This document shows positions 27,779-36,046 of a stretch of 64,000 nt of DNA, in pieces (the first letter of the stretch is position 1; each line of letters starts with the position of its first letter). Below the pieces are notes generated by a model. The model did not search any database and was not told where the DNA came from. It worked only from the letters and a program-made list of their open reading frames with translations. The translations under genes and the position numbers were made by a program. This DNA comes from Lachnospiraceae bacterium (GTDB lineage: Bacteria > Bacillota > Clostridia > Lachnospirales > Lachnospiraceae). Location: contig SVFJ01000006.1 in assembly GCA_015056925.1 (NCBI GenBank), positions 3,253 to 67,252 on the forward strand, given 5' to 3'.

Positions 27779-30538
27779 GTGGAAATTAATGTAGAAAAAG
27801 TGATGATACTAATTCGTGGTGTTGATAAAACAGCGGAAATAAGTTGGATTGCCGATGATTTGCATGAAAATAGAAGAGAGGTTACTTATAAAAGTGGTCG
27901 GAGTTATCCGTATAAGCCGAAAAATGTGGTTGTTATTGAAAATCCTAGAAAAATCGAATTATCTGGAAATGTTGCCTATGAAAGAAATATTCCAATATAT
28001 AAACCGCAATGCATTCTGGATTTTGGAAAGTATGTTAGAATAATTGAACATAATGGCAAAATAATTAACGTTCATGCAAGAGATTTTTCTATTGTTCCTA
28101 ATGGGATAAAAGATGAGCAGGTAAAGGATATATTAGAATATTTTAAAAAAATTTCTCAATATATTTCTCATAAGGATTCAAAAGAGTATGGAGAAGGGTT
28201 TCTTAGACGTGAGATGGAGCAGATTACCTATGTGCATCCAGAGAGTGTATTATATGCATATCTAAAACAAGAAATAAGAGAAGAAAATAAAATAGATAAT
28301 AGGGTTATTTTTCCTTTTTGTTTTAATATAAGCCAAAAACAGGCATTAGAAAATGCACTATCAAATTCAATATCCATAATCAAAGGTCCGCCGGGAACAG
28401 GAAAAACACAGACTATTTTAAATATTATTGCTAATCTTGTTGTTATTCAGGAAAAGAGTGTGGCGGTAGTAGCGAATAATAATGAAGCTGTTAAAAATGT
28501 GTTAGAAAAGATGGAAAATAAAGGTTACGGTTTTTTATTTGCTTTTTTAGGGAGTGGAAAAAATCAAGATGTTTTTTTTAATCATATGCCAGAAATACAT
28601 ATTGAAGAATGGGATTGTCAAGAGAATATAGAAACATTAATGCAACAGGTTAAAATGTTAAATATTAAACTTAATAGTTTGTTGGAACTAGATAGAGAAC
28701 GAAAGAAATTGCAACAGCAGAAGAGGGCATGGATATTAGAACAGAAGCATTTTATGAAGTATTATGAGGGTCAGAATATTAGTGAAATAAGTGATTTTCC
28801 GTTATTTAGTGAAACATCAGATACAATACTTTCTTTTATGGCGGAGACATCGTTGGTTGTTGAGCAAAATTTGCTAAGAAGGTTTTTGTGGCGTTTGAAG
28901 AATAGTTTCAGATATGGTGTATTCAATTATAACAAACTAAGAGTAGATGAAAAAGAATTATTTTTGATGCTTCAAAAAGAATTTTATAATAAGTACATAG
29001 CGAATTTGGAAGAAAAAATTAACAACATAGTGAAAAAATTACAGTATGAAAACTTTGCTGATATAAATAAACAACATCAAAAAATTTCAGAGAAATTGTT
29101 TCGTAAATTCTTGTATGAAAGATATTCTAATATAATAGATTATGATTTTACAAAGAAAAATTATAAACCTAAATATAAAAAGTTTTTAGAAAGATATCCT
29201 GTAATATTGAGTACGACACATTCGTTGAGGCATTCAATACCGAGGAATTATCTGTTTGATTATGTTATTATTGACGAAGCTTCACAGGTAGATCTAATTA
29301 CAGGGGTATTAGTTTGTTCGTGTTGTAAAAATCTTATTATTGTTGGAGATGAAGCGCAACTGCCACAAATTATCGATACTTCAATTATGCAAAAGACAAA
29401 ATCTGTAATAATAAATGAGAAATATAATTATTTTAGGAACAGTGTTTTGACATCTTTCATGGAGATATATGGAGATAGAATTCCTTGTAAAATGTTGTAC
29501 GAGCATTACCGCTGTCATCCACAGATAATTGAATTTTGTAATCAGAAATATTATGGTGGTAAGTTAATTGCGTATACAGATGAGAGTTTATCGAAAAATC
29601 CATTAATAGTCTATAAGACTGTTCCTGGAAATCATATGCGTCATGTGACACGTGGAAATGATAAGGGAAGATATAATCAGCGAGAAATTGACGTGATTAA
29701 AGAAGAGGTTCTTAGGGAGGTTCAAGGGTTAGAGTCAACAGATAGTATAGGTATAGTGACGCCTTATCGTAAACAAGCGAATAAGATTAGCGAATCTCTA
29801 CCATCTTTTATTGAAAGTGATACAGTACATAAATATCAAGGAAGAGAAAAGGATATTATGATTATGTCTACTGTACTGGATACTACATGGGATGGAATAA
29901 GTGGTGTGAATTTTGTTGATGATTCACATATGATAAATGTTGCTGTTTCGCGTGCAATAAAACAATTTATTTTAGTTACAAATCAAGAATTATTCTTTTA
30001 TAAAGGGAAAGAAATTGGAGATTTGATTAGATATATACATTATAATACATTAGATAAAAATATTATTGAAAGTAATGTGATATCAGTGTTTGATTTATTA
30101 TATAAAGAGTATTCTCCTAAACTGAATGATTTAAAGCAAAAGATGAAAAAGAATGCGCGATATCAGTCTGAGGAAGTGATTCGTGTGCTTTTAGATGAAA
30201 TATTTTTACAGTCTGAATATGGAAGATTTAATTATTCACAAGGAGTATTATTATGCAATATTTTAAAGGATACAGAATTGCTGTCAAAAAAAGAACTTCG
30301 ATTTGTTAATCATAGAGCATCATTGGATTTTGTTATTTTCTGCAAACAAGATAAAAAGATTGTATTAGTAATTGAAGTTGATGGATTTGCATTTCATGAA
30401 AATAATCCCAGACAATTGGCGAGAGATGCTTTAAAGGATGGAATTTTACAGAAATATGGAATACCAATTATACGATTGGCAACGAATAAAAGTGGAGAGA
30501 AAGAAAAGATAGAGAAAGCTTTATCTGAGGTGTGGTAA
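27779..30538 (+). CDS. SF1 (Upf1/Dna2-like) helicase fused to a C-terminal restriction-endonuclease-like (DUF2726/Vsr-like) domain
   Basis: Walker A GPPGTGKTQ (28385-28408), VIIDEASQV, VGDEAQLPQI, YRCHPQI, VHKYQGREKD, NVAVSRA. The C-terminus has LDFVIF...LVIEVDGFAFH...RD...L...GIPIIRL (about 30290-30500). The N-terminal roughly 190 aa are unassigned. The GTG start is uncertain. Confidence 0.8.
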   Translation: MEINVEKVMILIRGVDKTAEISWIADDLHENRREVTYKSGRSYPYKPKNVVVIENPRKIELSGNVAYERNIPIYKPQCILDFGKYVRIIEHNGKIINVHARDFSIVPNGIKDEQVKDILEYFKKISQYISHKDSKEYGEGFLRREMEQITYVHPESVLYAYLKQEIREENKIDNRVIFPFCFNISQKQALENALSNSISIIKGPPGTGKTQTILNIIANLVVIQEKSVAVVANNNEAVKNVLEKMENKGYGFLFAFLGSGKNQDVFFNHMPEIHIEEWDCQENIETLMQQVKMLNIKLNSLLELDRERKKLQQQKRAWILEQKHFMKYYEGQNISEISDFPLFSETSDTILSFMAETSLVVEQNLLRRFLWRLKNSFRYGVFNYNKLRVDEKELFLMLQKEFYNKYIANLEEKINNIVKKLQYENFADINKQHQKISEKLFRKFLYERYSNIIDYDFTKKNYKPKYKKFLERYPVILSTTHSLRHSIPRNYLFDYVIIDEASQVDLITGVLVCSCCKNLIIVGDEAQLPQIIDTSIMQKTKSVIINEKYNYFRNSVLTSFMEIYGDRIPCKMLYEHYRCHPQIIEFCNQKYYGGKLIAYTDESLSKNPLIVYKTVPGNHMRHVTRGNDKGRYNQREIDVIKEEVLREVQGLESTDSIGIVTPYRKQANKISESLPSFIESDTVHKYQGREKDIMIMSTVLDTTWDGISGVNFVDDSHMINVAVSRAIKQFILVTNQELFFYKGKEIGDLIRYIHYNTLDKNIIESNVISVFDLLYKEYSPKLNDLKQKMKKNARYQSEEVIRVLLDEIFLQSEYGRFNYSQGVLLCNILKDTELLSKKELRFVNHRASLDFVIFCKQDKKIVLVIEVDGFAFHENNPRQLARDALKDGILQKYGIPIIRLATNKSGEKEKIEKALSEVW

Positions 30539-30704
30539 ATGATGTGTTAAGAGTATTGTATAGCTGTATTTTGAAAGAATTTAGTAAAATCAACGGTTTA
30601 CGGAGGACTTTTGAACCAAAGAATAATGCGCCATAGCAAAATCGTTATATAAATCAATTTGTTATGGTGTAATATAGAAAATTAAGAGCAATGGAGGTTG
30701 GGGT

Positions 30705-33290
30705 ATGTTTGAAAATGGTTCCGAAATATTGCGTGTAGATTTTCATCTTCATACCAAAGCAGATAAGGAATTTACGTATCAGGGTGAAGAAAATAGTTTT
30801 GTGAATGATTACGTTGATAAACTTGAAGATGAAAACATTAGGGTTGGTATAATTACGAACCATAATAAATTTGATATAAATGAATATAAAGCAATTAAAA
30901 GAGCAGCTAAGCGGAGAGATATTTTTATATTACCGGGAGTTGAATTATCAATAAAAGAGGGGGCAAATGGTGTACATACATTAATTGTATTCAATCCAGA
31001 TGAGTGGTTGGCAAACGGACAGAATCACATAGGAAGAGTGATTGATTCATTGTTTTTAGGGATTGACAATCCAGGCAATGAAAATACAAGATGTAATGCC
31101 GATTTAATTAAGGTAATTAGTACGCTCAATACATTAAATAAAGACTATTTTATGATTTTTGCGCATGTAGAGCAAAAAAGTGGTTTTTGGAATGAGTGTG
31201 AAGGGGGATTGATTGAAACATTGTCGCATAAAGAAGAATTTAAGCAAAGGGTGTTAGCATTTCAGAAGGTCAGAACAAGAGATAAGGAGCAAAATGTATG
31301 TAATTGGATGGGATATGAGATAGCGAATGTTGAAGGTTCTGATCCAAAGAAAATTTCTGAAATCGGAAAAGGTGAACAGAAAACATATTTAAAAATTGGG
31401 GCATTTACATATAATGCTATTAAGTATTCGCTCTGTGATTATGAGAATAGAGTGTATTCGGAAATACCAGAAATAGATCATGGGTATGTGACAGAAATGA
31501 AGTGTATAGGTGGAAAATTAGATGGACAAGTCTTTTTACCATCACATGAATTAAATACACTTATTGGTATTAGAGGAAGTGGAAAATCATCTATGTTAGA
31601 GGTTCTGAGGTATGGATTAAATCTCGAAGCTGCCGAACCAGATAATAAATATAAAACTAATTTGGTAAAAACTGCGTTAGGCAATGGAGGAAAAATTGAA
31701 ATAACTGTCATAGATAAGTACAAGGCTAAGTACAAAATATGCAGAATCAAGGAAGAGGAACCAGAAATTTATGATGTGAATAATATAAGAGTTCCTATAC
31801 AGGTGAATGATGTTGTAAATAATCCATTATATTTTGGACAAAAAGATTTGGCATTAACCCGAGCGGGATATGAAATGGAACTGCTAGATAAGATAGTTGG
31901 TAATGCGACAGTTGATGTTTCGCGTGAAATAAGAGGAGTGAATGATTTAATTGTAACATATTTAAAAAAGTATGTTGAAGTGTCAGATATACCTAATAAA
32001 ATTGAAGAATTAAATAGTATGAATGCAGAGATTCAACATAGGTTGAAGGTTTTTAAAGAGAATGGAATTGATGAAAAGCTTAAAAAACAAACGACATGTA
32101 ATGATGATTTATTGAAATTATCAAGTATTCTCAATAGGTTACAGGTTGTCAGAGATACATTGTCAAGAAATTGTGAAATAGAAGAAATAGATGAATTGAG
32201 ATTGGATAATTATATTACGGAGTATAATCAAGATATTATTACTAAAGCAAATGAACAGGTTAATAAAATAACAAAGATAATTGCAAAAATAGAGAAAGCA
32301 GTTGTAGAATTATCTGATACGGTTAATGTTTTAGGTAATATAAAAGAAGAGTTAAAAGAAAGGATTGATTCATTAAAAGAAGAATTTGCAGAAATAAAAA
32401 GAGAGATTAATGATGATACGTTAGATGTTGACAGTTATGTACAGTATCAGAAACGATTGACAGCAAATAATGAAGAGATAAAGCGTTATATATTGAAATT
32501 GAAGGAAAAAGATTCTATTGAGGAGTTGCTTAGAAAATTTTTCTCAGATAGAAAAGATATATTAAGGAAACAATACGAGTCTTATAAAGCAAGTATAGAT
32601 GAGATAAATGAGCGACAAGGTGAATTAAAAATTAATATAACTTATTTAGGAGATAAGGATAATTTCAGAGATAATTTAACTAAAGAGTTTAAAGGAACAG
32701 GAATTACGAATGGTAAATTTGATGCGCTTTCAGAGAGATATGATGAATTTGCAGATATTATACAAGATTACTTTTTGGATGACTCGCGACGTTTAAAGGA
32801 GGAATTAACAGATGCAATGTTTATAAAAATATCCTCTATTTTAAATGATAATTATGCAACTCTTTTAACTTATACCACATCAAACAAGATAGAAATTATT
32901 TATCATGATAAGCCATTAGGTAAACATTCACTCGGCCAAAGAGCTTCGGCCTTGATTTTGTTTATATTAACTCAAAATGATAGTGACTTGATAATAATTG
33001 ATCAACCGGAGGATGATTTGGACAATCAAGTGATTTATAAAGAGTTAATACAAACAATTAGGAAAAAGAAAAAAGATATGCAATTTATATTTGCTACTCA
33101 TAATGCAAATATTCCAGTATTGGGAGATGCAGAGAAGGTAGTTGCGACTGAATATGATGCGGATTGTGAAATCATTAATTTAGAACAAGGATCCATAGAT
33201 AGTGAGGCGATACATACAAAAATTGTGGATATAATGGAGGGCGGAGAAGAGGCATTTGAAAAGAGAAAAGAAATATATAATTATTGGTAA
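30705..33290 (+). CDS. PHP-domain phosphoesterase fused to a Rad50/SbcC/SMC-like ABC ATPase with a coiled-coil insert
   Basis: PHP HxH in VDFHLHTK (30744-30752), NHN, PGVELS, FAHVE. Walker A GIRGSGKSS (31566-31589). About 400 aa of heptad-rich sequence lie between Walker A and the signature. Signature-like HSLGQRA, Walker B IIIDQPEDDLD (32991-33023), H-loop ATHNANI. RBS GGAGG precedes ATG 30705. Confidence 0.8.
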   Translation: MFENGSEILRVDFHLHTKADKEFTYQGEENSFVNDYVDKLEDENIRVGIITNHNKFDINEYKAIKRAAKRRDIFILPGVELSIKEGANGVHTLIVFNPDEWLANGQNHIGRVIDSLFLGIDNPGNENTRCNADLIKVISTLNTLNKDYFMIFAHVEQKSGFWNECEGGLIETLSHKEEFKQRVLAFQKVRTRDKEQNVCNWMGYEIANVEGSDPKKISEIGKGEQKTYLKIGAFTYNAIKYSLCDYENRVYSEIPEIDHGYVTEMKCIGGKLDGQVFLPSHELNTLIGIRGSGKSSMLEVLRYGLNLEAAEPDNKYKTNLVKTALGNGGKIEITVIDKYKAKYKICRIKEEEPEIYDVNNIRVPIQVNDVVNNPLYFGQKDLALTRAGYEMELLDKIVGNATVDVSREIRGVNDLIVTYLKKYVEVSDIPNKIEELNSMNAEIQHRLKVFKENGIDEKLKKQTTCNDDLLKLSSILNRLQVVRDTLSRNCEIEEIDELRLDNYITEYNQDIITKANEQVNKITKIIAKIEKAVVELSDTVNVLGNIKEELKERIDSLKEEFAEIKREINDDTLDVDSYVQYQKRLTANNEEIKRYILKLKEKDSIEELLRKFFSDRKDILRKQYESYKASIDEINERQGELKINITYLGDKDNFRDNLTKEFKGTGITNGKFDALSERYDEFADIIQDYFLDDSRRLKEELTDAMFIKISSILNDNYATLLTYTTSNKIEIIYHDKPLGKHSLGQRASALILFILTQNDSDLIIIDQPEDDLDNQVIYKELIQTIRKKKKDMQFIFATHNANIPVLGDAEKVVATEYDADCEIINLEQGSIDSEAIHTKIVDIMEGGEEAFEKRKEIYNYW

Positions 33291-33453
33291 AGCATTGTGT
33301 GAATATATTTTTGATGGTTGTTTCTAGATTCAAAAGGTTTGAGTTTTTGTTCGCCGTAAATAGACGTTCCAAAGCAACGAGAGGTAGTCTGCTTTTACAT
33401 CAGCCAATATTAAAATAAAGTTACACCGATATAATACAGAAAGGAGCTTGCGA

Positions 33454-33795
33454 ATGAGTCAGAAACCAACATATCCAAACATAGACATGCAATGAATCGG
33501 AAGAAAACTGAAACACATGATTGAATCCGCAGGATATACACCGCGCATGATTCAAGATTACCTTCATTTATCATGTGAGCAGCCGATTTACCGTTGGTAT
33601 AAGGGATTGATATTGCCGTCGGTTGACTATTTATTTATGTTTAGTGAACTACTGAATGTTCACATGGAAGATTTCTTGGTAAAATACGGAACCGGTGATA
33701 TACGATATGGATCGATACAGTTCAAGAGTCGTACAAAAACGGTATATGGCATATTACATGAAACTATATTAGGCGGTGGCATAGGTGGCTTTTGA
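33454..33795 (+). pseudogene. XRE-type HTH regulator gene interrupted by an in-frame TGA
   Basis: AAGGAG precedes ATG 33454. The reading MSQKPTYPNIDMQ-TGA(33493-33495)-IGRKLKHMIESAGYTPRMIQDYL...IYRWYKG continues in the same frame as track ORF 33517. Confidence 0.6.
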
Positions 33796-33879
33796 CTAAC
33801 CGCCCAATGAAAATACTATTGACAAGTGATATCCTCTTATTATGAGCTCGCGAAGGGATTATGATAGGAGGATATTTTT

Positions 33880-34320
33880 ATGCAAAGAAAAGTGTGGAAG
33901 ATTTGGATGGAAACAAAATCGTAGTGATTCATGACATTCGATTTGAGTGAAAACAATCAATAGAGTGGTCGGATGTGGAAGAGTATTTGAAGCAGTGTGT
34001 GGGAGAAGCACATATTATTAAGAACAAAAATGGTATGGTCTATATTGGAGCTGATTTACCTGACGAGTATACACATTCTAATTATACGTATATTCTTAAA
34101 GGTGCGAATGCCAAAGCTAAGGCAAATACAGCACAAGGATTGCCAGAGATGCTGGTAATTGCTAATGAAAAAGAATATGAAGACATTGAAAGATATAATG
34201 TATTTTTGCGCAATTATGTTTGTGAGACATGCAGAAGATGATAAATTATACTTATACGATATCACTAAAATAAAAAAAGAAACAAGCAACCTTTTCCAGT
34301 CCAAAGACTTTACTCAGTAA
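33880..34320 (+). pseudogene. Decayed gene of unknown function (frameshifts plus an in-frame TGA), possibly a mobile-element nuclease-like remnant
   Basis: ATG 33880 (MQRK) is out of frame with the continuous reading SVEDLDGNKIVVIHDIRFE-TGA-KQSIEWSDVEEYLKQ...(track ORF 33975-34241). The apparent C-terminus AEDDKLYLYDITKIKKETSNLFQS is in yet another frame and ends at 34320. Confidence 0.5.
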
Positions 34321-34566
34321 CAAAACTCATTTCTTGAGATAAGAGTAGTACATATACGGGAAAAAGTCAATGGAAACTATTGGTTAACTAAAAAACGGAA
34401 ATTGAATTTTTACTTAACGGAATGAAAACTATTAGTATTTGAAAAACCTAAACATTAGTTCTTGGCGCGTTTATTGTACAACATTTAATTTATCATAAAA
34501 TCATGAGAAATATTAATAAAAAAGTAGAAAAGCAATTCATGACGTATGTATAATAGGAGGTTTTAT

Positions 34567-35781
34567 ATGAAGTGGGATGAATACTATGAAAAAATAAATG
34601 ATTGGGCAGTTAGTACCGCTGTAAATAAAATATCTTCGCTTGAAAACATAGGTGCGCCGGACGAAATTGTTGATGCCCTTTATGTGATTGCTTATGAGGA
34701 TGAAAAAGGTGCAATTAGGCTTCTTAATAAAGCACTGCAAAATGGAATTAAGTTCTCTGGAGAGAAGCTGGTAGAAATCAAAGATTTGTGTGGTGAAGAA
34801 TGCTTTAAAAAGGCTTTTTATCAATCAGCAGAGAATTTTACAAAGCAGGATTTAGAAGAATTGCATGGTTGTATTGATGATGAGCTTATTATAGAAGTTG
34901 GAAGAAAGTATCATATAGCAATGCCGGAAGAAATTATGGAAGAGCATGAAGAAGAGTTATGTACAGATTTATCGTCAACGATAACTTGGGACAGATTTTA
35001 TGATTTGTTTAATGATTGGAGTATGGAATTTGCAATTGTGCGTTCTAAGAATTTAAAAGAATTTGGAACAGATGATGAGGTAATGGAAGTAGCGCATGAA
35101 TTATTTTGTACTGATAAAAAAGGTGCAAGTGATTTTATATGTAGAGCTTTGGAATATGGTGTGAAATTCGATTGTGACAATATTTTAGAAATGATTGGAT
35201 TATGCGATGAGGAGACAATAAGAAGGGTAGCACTTGCTTCTGGTTCCATGCTTGATTCGGAAGATTTAGAAGAGTTGTATGGTGAGATAAATGATGAATT
35301 AATATCAAAGATAGCTCATAAATATAAGCTTGAACTTCCAGAAGATATGCGGGAGAAAACTGAAGATAATAGCGTAAATGAAATAGCTATAGCCAATGCT
35401 GTAGATGCAGCAGATTGTGCATTAATATATCTTATGCGAGCACAGTCCATGCTAAATGATATAACCAGTATTAGCGTAATTGATTTAATAACAAATAAAT
35501 TTGCGCCATCATTAATGAAGAATCTATTATTAAATGAGGCAGAGTATTTTCTGTATGATGCCCAAAATGAGATTGATAGGCTGAATGGCGAACTAAAAAA
35601 TATCTTATACCATAAAACAATACGACTTAAATATTCAAGGTTGACTTCCTTAGCGGATATTATGTATGACACTAAATTCTTGGATAGATTGACGTACCTT
35701 AGGCTGAATAAGGCATTAAAGCGGATTAGGAAAGTAATTTCACAGATTGAAGCAATCAGGAGAGAGCTGGAAAGGATGTAG
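34567..35781 (+). CDS. Hypothetical protein: two tandem copies of a roughly 125-aa helical module plus a C-terminal coiled-coil-like region
   Basis: AGGAGG (34555-34560) precedes ATG 34567. Module 1 is WDEYYEKINDW...DLEELHGCIDDELIIEVGRKYHIAMPEE. Module 2 is WDRFYDLFNDW...DLEELYGEINDELISKIAHKYKLELPED. I recognise no family. Confidence 0.7.
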   Translation: MKWDEYYEKINDWAVSTAVNKISSLENIGAPDEIVDALYVIAYEDEKGAIRLLNKALQNGIKFSGEKLVEIKDLCGEECFKKAFYQSAENFTKQDLEELHGCIDDELIIEVGRKYHIAMPEEIMEEHEEELCTDLSSTITWDRFYDLFNDWSMEFAIVRSKNLKEFGTDDEVMEVAHELFCTDKKGASDFICRALEYGVKFDCDNILEMIGLCDEETIRRVALASGSMLDSEDLEELYGEINDELISKIAHKYKLELPEDMREKTEDNSVNEIAIANAVDAADCALIYLMRAQSMLNDITSISVIDLITNKFAPSLMKNLLLNEAEYFLYDAQNEIDRLNGELKNILYHKTIRLKYSRLTSLADIMYDTKFLDRLTYLRLNKALKRIRKVISQIEAIRRELERM

Positions 35782-35833
35782 AGTTGACATAAGAGCAATA
35801 ATGTGCTTGGTTAGTCGGCTTTGATATGTTAAA

Positions 35834-35986
35834 ATGGCAAGTAAAGAGAATGAACTTTGGGAAAAGGCAGTAGAAATAGCACCACAAAGATGGAATGATA
35901 AAAATGGCGGAGATTGGGAAGATGTTGATAAGTATGAACGTGAGGATTATGTTTGGTCAATATTTTATGAATTGAAAGAATCGTGA
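35834..35986 (+). CDS. Possible small acidic, Trp-rich protein (50 aa)
   Basis: Open frame MASKENELWEKAVEIAPQRWNDKNGGDWEDVDKYEREDYVWSIFYELKES, below the ORF-track cutoff. The RBS is weak. It ends 61 bp upstream of the PLD-helicase gene. Confidence 0.3.
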   Translation: MASKENELWEKAVEIAPQRWNDKNGGDWEDVDKYEREDYVWSIFYELKES

Positions 35987-36046
35987 CGTTAATTCTAGCT
36001 AATCTATTGTAAAAATATTAGAGCTTGAAATAGGAGGGACACCAAG

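Noticed and set aside
33493-33950. Stop-codon recoding (TGA read as an amino acid) in the island
   Set aside because: All large neighbouring genes use standard code with long uninterrupted frames. The second gene also carries frameshifts, so ordinary pseudogenisation is more parsimonious. It is kept only as a low-interest note.
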